From: Sedimentisphaerales bacterium
GTDB taxonomy: Bacteria; Planctomycetota; Phycisphaerae; Sedimentisphaerales; Anaerobacaceae
DNA: 64,000 nt
Direction of reading: 5' to 3'
Assembly: GCA_963708075.1 (NCBI GenBank)
Contig: OY970194.1
Span: forward strand, 96,001 to 160,000
Below, one piece after another: positions 29,983-40,297 of the stretch. Made by a program: the position numbers and the translations under genes. The notes beneath the pieces were generated by a model that worked only from the letters and a program-made list of their open reading frames with translations, searched no databases and was not told the origin of the DNA. The first letter of the stretch is position 1. The number at the start of each line of letters is the position of its first letter.

Positions 29983-30486
29983 TCACCGTCGGCGCAGGCG
30001 GGCCAGGGTCGCCTCCACCACCTGCTTCAGTTGCTCGGGCGTGAGGGCCTCGATCTGTCCGCCGCCGAGAAACAGCACGTTGCACCGCCCGTCGTGGACC
30101 GGCTTGGACTCGTACACCAGCACGTTGGTGGGGGGCATGGTCCCATCCTGGCCGGGGATGTACACGTACTCCGATCCGTTCGGGTCGGGACAGTGGAACA
30201 GCTTGGAGTAACCGCCGAACTCGACCAGCTCCGCCTGAGACTCCGGGAAGTGCTCGTTGCTGATCGCGTAGATATTCAGGTTCTTGTAGATCGTCTGCAT
30301 ATTGATCTGGCAGTTCAGCGTGGTCGCCTTATGGCTCGTCTTGATCATCGCCTCGGTGTACTGCTGGCCCGCCTGGCCCGTGGTCTTGATGATCCACCAG
30401 ATGCCCATCCCGATCAAGCCGAGCACGATCGCGATGGCGAGGACATCGATGATCCTGCCGCCATAGTTGCGTCGCGTGCGATTCAT
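29983..30486 (-). CDS. Pilin-like membrane-anchored protein with degenerate H-X9-DG motif
   Basis: N-terminal TM helix, CQINMQTI, FHCP, VHDGRCNVLFLGG; ATGA overlap with upstream gene. Confidence 0.72.
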   Translation of the reverse strand: MNRTRRNYGGRIIDVLAIAIVLGLIGMGIWWIIKTTGQAGQQYTEAMIKTSHKATTLNCQINMQTIYKNLNIYAISNEHFPESQAELVEFGGYSKLFHCPDPNGSEYVYIPGQDGTMPPTNVLVYESKPVHDGRCNVLFLGGGQIEALTPEQLKQVVEATLARLRRR

Positions 30487-33023
30487 GGCTTCATCTCCTT
30501 CACGCTCGTGAAACAGCCCGTAGCGTCCTTTATCGCAGTTGTATTCGCTTCCACCGAGAGCATGGCTTTACCGGCGGTGACAAAGCCTTGCTTTCTCGCA
30601 TCGTCGGCAATTGTGGGGTGCCCTCCTTCATTCGTGACGGCGATCTCCTTCATCTCCAGCTCAATCCCCTTGGCCGAGACCGTCCCGACGAGGTAGTTCA
30701 ACCTGGGATCCTGTCCGATCGAGGCGCCGTGGGCGATCTGCAGGATGCCGCCGGCCTGTGCACAATGGATCGCGTGGACCTCGCCGCACAGGTACAGGTC
30801 CGCCCGATGCTTCTTGAGAGTCTGCCACAATGGGGACTCCTCGCCGCCCGCCAGGGTAAGGCCGGCAGAGCCTTGTGCAGCAGGTGGTATGACTGGTGTG
30901 TGACCCATCACAACGACGTGCTCGACGCCGGGGTTGTCGGTCAGCGTCTGTTCGAGCCATTGAAGTTGCTCGCCCGTGACTTGGGGAACGATGCCGGCCT
31001 GATCACCGCTGCCTTTCTCGAAGACATCCAGCGCGGCGAACAGCACGTTCTCATGGATGAACCAGTAAGCCGTGCCCTTCATGCGAAGGGGACCGCTGAG
31101 CGGCATCGCGAGATGCTTCTGGAACTGCCGCTTGAAGAGGCGAACGAGGTCCGCCTTGTCGGCCGGCCACGGGCCGCCCCCGATGTCGTGGTCGCCGATA
31201 GCGGCGTAGAACGCCAGGCCGTGGTCCTGCATCCGCTTCACCCAGGCCGGATAATAGACAGCCGCCTGCTTCTCGATGCTCTCTTTGTCCGGCCATGTAC
31301 CTGCGACCAGGTCGCCCGGCACCAGTACGAACTCCGGATTCTCCGCTTTGATCGCCTTGAGCACATAGTCGAGAGTCTCTTCCCAGCCGCTCTGCGGATA
31401 GGCCACGTCTGCGCCGGTGAAATTGGGGATACTGACGAATCGCCACGGCTGCACGGAATTCACGCCGCCTTCGGGGACCTCAGCCTTAGCCACCCATAGA
31501 ATCGCGTTCAGGACCAGCTTGCGGAACGGCTCCATGTGCCAGTTTTTGTCGGTGTGGCCGCCGCTGAATCCGAAGCCCCGACCGCCATCGGCACGTGTGT
31601 AGGCCCAGGCGAGGACTTTATCCTGCGGGTTACGCGGCGGAAGCTTGCCCGTCATGATCGGGACAACGTTCGGATCGTTCGGCTGAAATCCAAGATCGAA
31701 GTACCATTCATCCTCCGCGACGTAGCCGCGGCAGCCCCGGCTGATAGGATGGCCGTTCTCGGCCGGCGTCACTTTCACCGTGTTGACGGGATTCTGCGAA
31801 AGGCCCACCTGATAGCAGCCGCCTACCCATCGGCGCAGGTCTTCCTGCAGTCCTTCAGGCGGATCGATGGAGTAGTGGAGAAACACCAACCCCTTGCCCC
31901 GTTTGGCCAATTCTCGAATCTTGGCAGCCCGGCCGGGCTCTTTGAGCGGGTGGAGGTCGCGACCATCCGCGAAGAAGATGATCGCATCGGCGTCATCCAG
32001 AGCCGCGGCGTTCGCGGGCCAGCCATCCGTGTAAACGTCGATCTGCATGGGCTCGACGTTGGCTGCATGGAGCAGGCATTGTTTGACGAACTCCGCGTCT
32101 TTCTCCCAGCTATGGATACCTTCTCCATGGCTGGGCTTGCCGGCGAGGAAAGCAATCTTCTTGTTTGTAGTGACGCCGTCAGGCGTTTCTTTTGATGCCC
32201 TTACGGGCACACTACCAACGGGTGTCAGACCCGCCGACCACGCAGTGGCGCGGCGAAAGAGTTCCGCCACGGGCGGATTGGCGATGGCCTGGGCGTCGTG
32301 GCCGAGCACGCTGTGGAACACGCGGCCTTTGCCGTAGTTCAGGACAAAGCCCATCGGGTAGTCTTTGCCGTCCACCTTGGATTTTGCTGTAGCGATGATC
32401 TCGATGGGCGTGTTGCCCGCCAGGCACGTGTACAGCTCATCCGTGGTCTCGAAGGGCTGCATCCCGCGCGTGATGGGATGGTCCACGCCGGTCCTGACGA
32501 CCTGGAAGGAGCCGTAGGGGTCGTGCGGCCGCAGCTTCGGATCGTAGACCCGGCCGGCGAGCTTCTCGAATTCGGGCCAGCCTTGGAACGCCCCGCAGGC
32601 AAAATGGACCAGGACCATGCCTCCGCCGTTGCTGACAAAGTGCGCGAGGTTCTGCCTCGCCTGCTCGCCGGGATCAGGGCTCTCCCAGTTCATGAAGTGC
32701 AGCACGACGGCGCTGTAATCGTTGAGCTTCGGCGAGGCGAGAAACGCGGGGGTCTCCACCACATCGACCTTGAGCCTCGCATCCTTTCGCAATGCTTCGG
32801 CCAGGACCGGCGCCGTCTCCTTCCATTTGTGTCCCGGGTAGTCGATCCCGGTGACAATCACCACCTTGCGGGTCTCGGCCTGACTCGCGGAGGCGCCCGC
32901 ATCGGGTGCCATGCTTACGCTTGCGTAAGCATGCTCCGGCGCCGAGATCAAGCATGTCCACGCAAGCGTGGACATGGCACCCAGGAACCACGTCAGACAC
33001 GTGTGGGAACTCAGTCTCATCAT
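30483..33023 (-). CDS. Secreted ThuA-ThuA-metallophosphoesterase fusion protein
   Basis: ThuA1 (GGGMVLVHFA, HPITRG, DELY, GRVFHSVLGHD); ThuA2 (GLVFLHY, HPISRG, DEWY, GRGFGFSGGH); phosphoesterase (PGDLV, GDHD, GHTP, GEVH). Confidence 0.85.
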   Translation of the reverse strand: MMRLSSHTCLTWFLGAMSTLAWTCLISAPEHAYASVSMAPDAGASASQAETRKVVIVTGIDYPGHKWKETAPVLAEALRKDARLKVDVVETPAFLASPKLNDYSAVVLHFMNWESPDPGEQARQNLAHFVSNGGGMVLVHFACGAFQGWPEFEKLAGRVYDPKLRPHDPYGSFQVVRTGVDHPITRGMQPFETTDELYTCLAGNTPIEIIATAKSKVDGKDYPMGFVLNYGKGRVFHSVLGHDAQAIANPPVAELFRRATAWSAGLTPVGSVPVRASKETPDGVTTNKKIAFLAGKPSHGEGIHSWEKDAEFVKQCLLHAANVEPMQIDVYTDGWPANAAALDDADAIIFFADGRDLHPLKEPGRAAKIRELAKRGKGLVFLHYSIDPPEGLQEDLRRWVGGCYQVGLSQNPVNTVKVTPAENGHPISRGCRGYVAEDEWYFDLGFQPNDPNVVPIMTGKLPPRNPQDKVLAWAYTRADGGRGFGFSGGHTDKNWHMEPFRKLVLNAILWVAKAEVPEGGVNSVQPWRFVSIPNFTGADVAYPQSGWEETLDYVLKAIKAENPEFVLVPGDLVAGTWPDKESIEKQAAVYYPAWVKRMQDHGLAFYAAIGDHDIGGGPWPADKADLVRLFKRQFQKHLAMPLSGPLRMKGTAYWFIHENVLFAALDVFEKGSGDQAGIVPQVTGEQLQWLEQTLTDNPGVEHVVVMGHTPVIPPAAQGSAGLTLAGGEESPLWQTLKKHRADLYLCGEVHAIHCAQAGGILQIAHGASIGQDPRLNYLVGTVSAKGIELEMKEIAVTNEGGHPTIADDARKQGFVTAGKAMLSVEANTTAIKDATGCFTSVKEMKP
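32164..32219. repeat. GTAG-type REP-like pair inside a CDS (interdomain linker)
   Basis: GTAGTGACGCCGTCAGGCG and inverted GTAGTGTGCCCGTAAGGGCA, each GTAGT plus a short hairpin. Confidence 0.65.
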
Positions 33024-33044
33024 GCTTTCCCCTTAGATTTTGGA

Positions 33045-34250
33045 CTACGCGTTCAAAGCCTTGTCCAAGTCGCGAATCAGATCGTCCGTGTCCTCCAGGC
33101 CCACTGCCAGCCGGAAGAGCGTATCCGTGATCCCCAGCGCGTAGCGTGCCTTGCGGGTATAGTCGTAGTAGCTCACCAAAGCCGGGTGCGTGATCAGGGT
33201 CTCCACGCCGCCCAGGCTCGGGCCGATATAGCACAACTCCAGGGCGTCGAGGAATCGCTTGGCCGTGGCGAGATTGCCCTTGATGTCGAATGAAACGACG
33301 CCGCCGCCCCCGGCCATCTGCGTCTTGGCGATCTCATAGTGAGGATGGCTCTTGAGGTACGGATAGTAAACCCTCTTGATGCGCGGATGGGCTTCGAGGA
33401 ATTCGGCAATCCTGAGCGTGGACTCGTTCTGTTTCTGCACCCTCAGCGGGAAGGTCTTGAGGCCCCGCAGGAGCAGGTAGCAGCAGTGGGGGTCAATCGT
33501 CCCGCCCATGGACTTGTGCAGGTTGCGGATCTTGTCGATCAGTCCCGTTTCCCCGAGCACGGCCCCCGCGAGAATGTCGTTGTGCCCGGCGAGGTACTTC
33601 GTGGCACTTTGCAGGACCAGGTCCATGCCGAACTCGATCGGCCGCTGGTTGAGAGGCGTGCTGAACGTGCTGTCGATCAGCGTCAAGACGCCGTGTTTCT
33701 GCGCGATCTTCTTGATCTTGACGAGGTCAAAGACGTTCAGGTAGGGATTGGTTGGTGACTCCGAGAAGATGAATCGCGTGTTCTTCTTGATGGCCTTTTC
33801 GAGCATCTCGTACTTGCCGAACGGCACGATGGTGCAATCGATGGCGAACTGCTTCAGGTACGACCGGCAGAACTCCAGGGTCTTCTTGTAGCTGTCATCC
33901 GTAATCACGATGTGGTCCCCCGACTGCACCAGGGCCAGGATCGTGGTCGTGATCGCGCTCATGCCGGAGGAAAAGACGACGCAATCCTCCGCTCCTTCGA
34001 GATCGGCCAGCCGCTGCTCGGCGATTGTGGCCGTAGGATTGCCGTATCGGCCGTACTCGTAGTGCGCCATGCCTTTCTTGGTATAGTCCTCAATCGCCTT
34101 GCTGCTGCAAAACGTGAAGGTCGAGGTCTGAACGATGGGTGTAGTCAAGGAATCCGCATACTTACCTCGCGGCTCACCGGCGTGAATCGCTCGGGTGGAC
34201 AGGGACATGCGCCTGCCGGCCGGTCCCTTCTTCCCCTGTTTCTTTGCCAT
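33045..34250 (-). CDS. metB: Cys/Met metabolism PLP enzyme, cystathionine gamma-synthase-like
   Basis: YGRYGNPT, SSGMSAI, ESPTNP, DSTF, SATKYLAGHND, PSLGGVETL, RLAVGLE; AAAGGAG RBS; exact subfamily uncertain. Confidence 0.8.
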   Translation of the reverse strand: MAKKQGKKGPAGRRMSLSTRAIHAGEPRGKYADSLTTPIVQTSTFTFCSSKAIEDYTKKGMAHYEYGRYGNPTATIAEQRLADLEGAEDCVVFSSGMSAITTTILALVQSGDHIVITDDSYKKTLEFCRSYLKQFAIDCTIVPFGKYEMLEKAIKKNTRFIFSESPTNPYLNVFDLVKIKKIAQKHGVLTLIDSTFSTPLNQRPIEFGMDLVLQSATKYLAGHNDILAGAVLGETGLIDKIRNLHKSMGGTIDPHCCYLLLRGLKTFPLRVQKQNESTLRIAEFLEAHPRIKRVYYPYLKSHPHYEIAKTQMAGGGGVVSFDIKGNLATAKRFLDALELCYIGPSLGGVETLITHPALVSYYDYTRKARYALGITDTLFRLAVGLEDTDDLIRDLDKALNA

Positions 34251-34397
34251 TTGGGCTCCTTTCTCGTGGCACGTGGCTGGCACAGGTTTCGCTTGCCTTG
34301 CCTCCATGAAGATGTACCCGAGAACCCCGGTCCCCGCAAGCACTTTCCGCGTGCCTTGGCCTAGGACTGCCTACGACGGTTTCAGAGTATTAGGAAT

Positions 34398-34492
34398 GGG
34401 TGGCAGCGGCAAGCGAGCAGCTCGCCGATGGCCCTCGCATGCCGCGGAACACCATCGGCAAGCTCCGCAGACTCCGCTTGCCGCTGCCACCC
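34398..34492. repeat. About 95-bp cruciform palindromic element (GGGTGGCAGC family), copy 1
   Basis: 18-bp perfect terminal inverted repeat GGGTGGCAGCGGCAAGCG; inner stem GCCGATGG/CCATCGGC. Confidence 0.9.
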
Positions 34493-34753
34493 GGCGGACG
34501 TGCCTTTAGATCGACTGGTCGGGGGGGGCTTGGCAATAAGGCCGCGACGTACAGCGTCTTTACCTGCGATTTGGCGGAATGGCACAATCGCTTGAACTTG
34601 ATAAGGACGGCGGATATGATGTGGAGGCGGCCTGACGACCGGGCTTGTACGAGCCGGTTGGAAGGCGGCGACAAGGTGCCTCATACGATGTGGGGCATGG
34701 TGTTCCGAAGGGAAAGGGCTCGATTCGACGAGGACACGTCCAAAGGAGGTATT

Positions 34754-36069
34754 ATGGCACGTTCAGAGGCAGGCAAGGGCGAGGGGACGACGCGACGTGA
34801 TTTCCTGAAGGTCTCCACGGGTGTGGCATCCGTGGCCGCGCTGGGGCGCTGGGCCTTCAGTCCAGGATCTATGCCGCCGGCAGCGACGTGATCCGCGTGG
34901 GTATGATTGGCTGCGGCGGGCGCAACGCCGGTGCTGCCAACCAGGCGCTCACCGCCGATAAAGGCGCCCGGCTCGTGGCGATGTGCGACATCTTCATGGA
35001 CCGGGTCAAGGAAAAGCGAGCCGCTCTGAAAGTGGAGAAGGGCGACCAGGTCGTCGCGGATGACGACCATTGTTTTGCCGGCTTCGATGGCTACAAGCAC
35101 GTGATCGAGGCCTCGGACGTGGTTGTCATTGCCAATGCCGCAAAGTTCCATCCCTTCCACGCCTTGTCCGCCATCCAGGCGGGCAAGCACGTGTTCGTGG
35201 AGAAACCTCACGGGACCGACCCGCTGGGGATGAAGACCATGCAAAAGGCCGCCGACCTGGCCAGGCAGAAGGGCTTGTGTCTTGTCTCCGGCCTGCACAG
35301 CCGCTATCACACGGGCTATGCCGAAACCGTGCAGCGCATCCACGACGGCGCGATCGGTGAGGTGGTGTCGATTGAAGAGAATTTCCTCCGGGCACCGTAT
35401 GTGATCATCGACCGTAAGCCCGGGCTGTCGGAGATCCAGTGGCAGTGCAGCACCCAGTACCACTTCCGCTGGCTCTCCGGCGACGACGTTGTGCAGTCGC
35501 TCGTACACAACCTTGACCGGGCCAGTTGGGTGATGCACAACCAGGTCCCCGTAAAGTGTCACGGTCTGGGCGGCCGGTCTTCCATGACCGAGCCCATCTA
35601 CGGCGATGTCTTCGACCATCACTCCGTGATCTACGAATTCGCCAATGGCGTGCGCATCTACGCCTTCTGCCGGACGACGACCGGCTGCTATGATGAGTAT
35701 TCCAGCATCGTGTTCGGCAGCAAGGGCAAGGCCGACATCATGGGCTGCCGGATCACGGGCGAGACGAACTGGCGTTGGACCGGCCAGTGCGACCCGTACC
35801 AGAGGGAGCACGATGTGCTCTTCGCCGCGATCCGCTCGGGCAAACCCGTCAACAACGGCGACTACATGGTCCCCAGTACGATGGCCGGAGTCATGGGGCA
35901 GATCTCCTGCTACACGGGCAAAGAGGTCACCCTGGAGCAGATCAAGAAGTCCGACTATTACTATCCGCCGAAGCCGGAGGAATGCCACGACAATATGGAG
36001 CCGCCGTCCAAGGCCGAGGCCGGCGGCAGCTACCCTGTGCCTGTACCGGGCCGTACGCAGATGGTGTAG
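34754..36069 (+). CDS. Tat-exported Gfo/Idh/MocA oxidoreductase, frameshift in G4 at 34843-34846
   Basis: AAAGGAGG RBS, TTRRDFLK; adding one G gives LGALGLQSRIYAAGSDVIRVGMIGCGGR; VFVEKP. Confidence 0.9.
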
Positions 36070-36119
36070 GGTGTGCACTGCACACCAACAAATGAGCGGT
36101 GTGCGATGCACACCCTACA
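36065..36119. repeat. GTAG-type REP pair overlapping a stop codon
   Basis: 13-bp perfect inverted repeat TGTAGGGTGTGCA/TGCACACCCTACA; each arm has its own GGTGTGC..GCACACC hairpin. Confidence 0.9.
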
Positions 36120-36143
36120 AGTTCATATCGAGGAGACAAGAAA

Positions 36144-37113
36144 GTGAATAGAGGCATACGATTGATGTGTGTCGTCGCAGCAGCCACGATCGTGAGCATC
36201 GCGGCGGCGCAGGACAAGCTCTCAAAGAAATACGTCGAGACCATCACGGCCAAAGACGGCACGAAGTATACCATCGACATGGCGCTCGTCCCCGGCGGCG
36301 AGTTCACGATGGGCAGTCCCGGCGGCGAGGCCGATCGTGGGGACAATGAAGGCCCGCAATGCAAGGTGCGGCTCGATCCGTATTACCTGTGCACGACAGA
36401 GACGACGCTTGAGCTGTTCATGGTGTATTACCATGAGAACCGGCACAGCCAAGAAGGAGTTCGTCGAGGTGCAGGAAGCCCAGAAGGATGAGGAACCCGC
36501 CAAAGACGGCGTCAACGCGATCACCGGTCCAACGCCTGTCTATGGCGACATGAGCATGGGCTACAGCAAGAAGCATCCCGCCATCGGGATGACCTGGCAC
36601 AACGCCACAACGTTCTGCAAGTGGCTCTCGCAAAAGACAGGCAGGAAGTACCGCCTGCCGACGGAGGCCGAATGGGAGTTCGCCTCGCGGGCGGGCACGA
36701 CCAGTGCTTTTGGCGTTTGCGACAGCGCGGACAGCCTGAAGGACTTTGCCTGGTACGCCGACACGGCGAATGTAGAGCCTCATGCTGTCGCCTCTAAGAA
36801 GCCCAACGCACTGGGGCTGTACGACATGCAGGGCAATGTCCGTGAATGGGTCCAGGATTTCTACAGTCCTGCTGCATACGCGGAGCTTGCCAAGGAGAAT
36901 CCGACGGGTCCAAAGGATGGCAAAGTGCACGTGGCTCGCGGCGGGTTCTACGACAGCCCCGCGCCGGAGCTGCGCTGTGCGGCCAGGGGCTTTGAGGAGG
37001 ACTGGTGGCGGATGAACGACCCGCAAATCCCCAAGAGCAAATGGTGGCTGCCCCAGATCGATTCCGTCGGCTTCCGCGTCGCCTGCTCGCCGGACAAAGA
37101 CGAGAAGAAGTAA
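36144..37113 (+). CDS. Formylglycine-generating enzyme (SUMF1/FGE-sulfatase) domain protein, frameshift near 36438
   Basis: VPGGEFTMGS, YRLPTEAEWE, PNALGLYDMQGNVREW, RGG, GFRV; signal peptide. Confidence 0.9.
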
Positions 37114-37162
37114 TACGCGCGACAATCGAAAATGGAGTTGCCGGACATTGAGGGAGGTGAAT

Positions 37163-38134
37163 ATGTCTGCTGCTCGTATGAAAAGGACGTTCAATTCCGC
37201 TGCCTGCGTCATATTTCTATGCGGGGTTGCCTTCGGCGCAGAGACGTCGTCCAAACTCACGTTTGTAGCAGACGGAAAGGGCGGGTACACGTTCGACACC
37301 GGCGTGCTCCGTGGGACGTTGTGCCCGAACGGCAAGCTGCAGGGCCTTACCTCTGTCACGCACATTCCCTCCGGCACCAGGTTGGACCGGAGCATGGGCA
37401 TCCTGAGCTACTACCGCGTCTTCACGACAGGGAAGCGGTACGGCGCGGGGGCCTGGGAGTGGCCCGCCACAGCCAAGCTTCTATCCGATACAACGGTCCA
37501 GGTCACCTCGCCTGCGACGGCGGATCGGCCCTTCGACATGACAGCCGTTTATCAATGGAAAGACCCGCAAACGCTCGACCTGGAGACGACCGTCACGGCC
37601 CATGAGGACCTGAGCAAGTTCGAGTCTTTTCTCGCGTCGTATTTCGACGCAGCATTTCCATCACCTTTTGTTTTTGTCAACGAGAATCCCGATCTGGGTG
37701 GCAGGCCCGGCTTCCTGCCGGCAAAGAAGTCCTTCGGCGACTGGCAGATGTTCCCTCGGGATACGCAGGTCGTATCGATCATTCAGGATGGGCGGTGGAA
37801 GCTTGAGCCGAACCCGGTAAATTGGACGATCATGCCGCGGCTGAACTCGCCTCTCTGCTTGCGACGCGGCGCTGCCAATGGCCTTGTGGTCGTCGTGATG
37901 GCTCCGCCCGAGGACTGTTTCGCCGTGGCCACGCCTTGTGAGAGCGAAGCCCATTATTCCCTCTATCTGTCTCGCTTCGGCCGTGACATCAAGGCTGGCG
38001 AGATCGCCAAAGCCCGCGTACGATTCGTGGTTGCCTCCGCAGCCTCCGACGAGCAGATCACAGGCCTTTATCGGCAGTACATCAGCGAGCTTTCCCGCCA
38101 GACTCATCCGACCGGCGCGAGCAACAATCGCTGA
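37163..38134 (+). CDS. Secreted hypothetical protein
   Basis: GGAGGT RBS, signal peptide, about 323 aa, beta-rich; no motif recognised. Confidence 0.75.
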   Translation: MSAARMKRTFNSAACVIFLCGVAFGAETSSKLTFVADGKGGYTFDTGVLRGTLCPNGKLQGLTSVTHIPSGTRLDRSMGILSYYRVFTTGKRYGAGAWEWPATAKLLSDTTVQVTSPATADRPFDMTAVYQWKDPQTLDLETTVTAHEDLSKFESFLASYFDAAFPSPFVFVNENPDLGGRPGFLPAKKSFGDWQMFPRDTQVVSIIQDGRWKLEPNPVNWTIMPRLNSPLCLRRGAANGLVVVVMAPPEDCFAVATPCESEAHYSLYLSRFGRDIKAGEIAKARVRFVVASAASDEQITGLYRQYISELSRQTHPTGASNNR

Positions 38135-38139
38135 GGGAG

Positions 38140-40080
38140 CTACGGCTCGACCGACAGAATCATATCGAACCATTGGCCGTAGCGTTTGCCGTCGAGTGTC
38201 ACATCGAAGGCGACGATGTAGACGCCGGGTTTCAGGCCGGGCGCTGCCCTCAGCCGCAATTGGAAATTCCCGGTGGATTGCGGTTCTACCGATCCTTCAG
38301 ACACGGCGGGCTGAACGTCGATGCTCTGTGCGGCACATGCTTGAATGCGGTGCGATTGTGGCTGCCGCAGGAAGTTGCGGACGTGCAATGTCACCTCAGC
38401 CTGTTGCCCGGCTCGAAGGGACACGCGATAGGGCTCCGCTCGGACCCAGTAGGGGTCGAACATGTAGCGGTAGTCCGTCTCTGCACTTAGACCCCGGTAA
38501 ACGTCACGGATCTCGCTCGCCCAGGCGGCAAATCGGTCGATCATCTCCCCAGGCCGGTCCATCACGTACGAATGCCCGGCGACGATCAGGTCGGGTCGCA
38601 GCTTCTGCAAATACTGGGCCCCGTAGATGTAGCCCTCCTCGAAGATGGCGCTGTTGCGGGCCACGACGGCCTCGTGGCCGTTCTGAGCGGGATCGGTGGA
38701 ACTGCCGAAAAGATTGTCCCCCGTGAACGCGACGTGCTTGCCGTCGATCATTCCATGAATGCAGCAGCCGAACTCCGTCTGGCCCGGCATCCAGTCGATG
38801 GTGAACGTATACCCTTGCCACTCGAGCTGTTCGCCGCGCTCGAACGCGCGATCGATGTGCAGCGTGTCGAATCCCGCCTGATACGCGGGAATCATCGCGG
38901 CGTAGTCATATCGTTCGGGATGTTCGCACTTGTCGGCGACATCCTTCAGCGTCCCGACTTGGGTGCCCCATTTGTCCCGCAGGTAGGGGACATCGAGGAA
39001 GTGGTCGCCGTGCATGTGAGTAATCAGGACGGCATCGACCTTCATTAAGCCGAGCTGCTCCTGCATGGACTTCAGGGACTGCTCCAGAAGGTCTGAGCCG
39101 ATCAGGCCGCAGTCGAAAACGAGGGCATGACCACTGTCCGCGATGAGAATGCCAAAGTTCGGCCAGAAATCCCTCTTCTTGAACTTGTACAAATGCTTCG
39201 TGATCTGCCAGATGTGTGGGATGGACGTGGGTTTTGAGACGGTATCCTGATCGGCGGCGCCGAACGTGTTGATCGCATAGCCCCGCACGTACAATTCGGC
39301 CAGTCTGCGGAGCTTCCGCTGGTATTCCGGCAACTGCGTCTCGGGTGAGGTGATGACATCGCCGTGCGAGGGCAGCAGACGAGCGGGCCGGAAGCTCTGG
39401 AGCATGCTGACCGAGCTGATCAGCTCGTACAGTCCTTTGGCAAAGCCGTAGTCCCATTCCGTGTCAAACCACGTGTGCATCCGGGCGCCGTCGAGCATGA
39501 CATCGCCGCTAAAGGCGATCCAGTGATCGCCGGCCTTCATCAGGTACGACATGCCGCCCGGACTGTTGCCCCGCGTGTCCACGCAGCGAAATTGCCGGCC
39601 CTTCCAAGTGAAAACGTCCCCATCCTTGAACGTGCGGTCCAGATGGATGGGCGCGATTGGCGGCCGCACGTAGCTCACGCCGTGCACGGTGTACGCATCG
39701 CCGAGAGTGGGCTTGATCCTGCGGAATTTCGTCGGCTCTTCGAAGAGGGCACGCTCCGCATCCGGCGCGGCGATCTGCGGCTTCCATTTTTGCAGCTTCG
39801 TAAAGCCTTGGCACTGCTCCCGATGGTGGTGTGTGAACAGCACCCACTCCACTCGCTTGACGCCGATTTCGGCAAGATGATCCAGCACGCTACCGTCACC
39901 GAGATCGATCAGCAGGGCGGCATCGCCATCTTTGAGCACATAGACATTGCAGGTGTCGGTCCAGATGAACAGGTTCGGCTCGGAATCTATGGAAACCGGT
40001 CTGACCTGTGCTGCAGCCGTGACCATGGAGAACAGGCCGAGTACGCCGGCAGTTGCCAATGACCTTCTTTGATGGAGCAT
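38140..40080 (-). CDS. Secreted tandem MBL-fold metallo-hydrolase with C-terminal Ig-like domain
   Basis: Domain 1 FTHHHREQ/SGD/PSHG; domain 2 THMHGDH/PGQT/TGD/AGH. Confidence 0.85.
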   Translation of the reverse strand: MLHQRRSLATAGVLGLFSMVTAAAQVRPVSIDSEPNLFIWTDTCNVYVLKDGDAALLIDLGDGSVLDHLAEIGVKRVEWVLFTHHHREQCQGFTKLQKWKPQIAAPDAERALFEEPTKFRRIKPTLGDAYTVHGVSYVRPPIAPIHLDRTFKDGDVFTWKGRQFRCVDTRGNSPGGMSYLMKAGDHWIAFSGDVMLDGARMHTWFDTEWDYGFAKGLYELISSVSMLQSFRPARLLPSHGDVITSPETQLPEYQRKLRRLAELYVRGYAINTFGAADQDTVSKPTSIPHIWQITKHLYKFKKRDFWPNFGILIADSGHALVFDCGLIGSDLLEQSLKSMQEQLGLMKVDAVLITHMHGDHFLDVPYLRDKWGTQVGTLKDVADKCEHPERYDYAAMIPAYQAGFDTLHIDRAFERGEQLEWQGYTFTIDWMPGQTEFGCCIHGMIDGKHVAFTGDNLFGSSTDPAQNGHEAVVARNSAIFEEGYIYGAQYLQKLRPDLIVAGHSYVMDRPGEMIDRFAAWASEIRDVYRGLSAETDYRYMFDPYWVRAEPYRVSLRAGQQAEVTLHVRNFLRQPQSHRIQACAAQSIDVQPAVSEGSVEPQSTGNFQLRLRAAPGLKPGVYIVAFDVTLDGKRYGQWFDMILSVEP

Positions 40081-40297
40081 ATCACTGAATTATAAGGCGG
40101 CCTCTGCGGCGTCACAACCGAATCGTGAAATAGGCACGTCCCTCGCCCCGTCCTACTGGGAGAAATTGCTTGTATCCGGCGGCATCGGGGCGATAATGAA
40201 ACCGCTGAGGGCGGGTGATTACCGCTCCCGGGAGCAGATGGTGATTGGCAGCACGTACGGCATCGAGAACGCACTTGACAGTAGGAGAGAATCCGCA

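Noticed and set aside
34251..34397. SAM/SAH riboswitch upstream of the metB-like gene
   Set aside because: No SAM-I or SAH consensus visible by eye; an Rfam scan would be needed
21789..36441. Same GAGACC-to-GAGAACC insertion in two genes, hinting at a methylation-induced basecalling error
   Set aside because: Many other GAGACC sites (e.g. 14151, 15411) are intact; two cases are not enough
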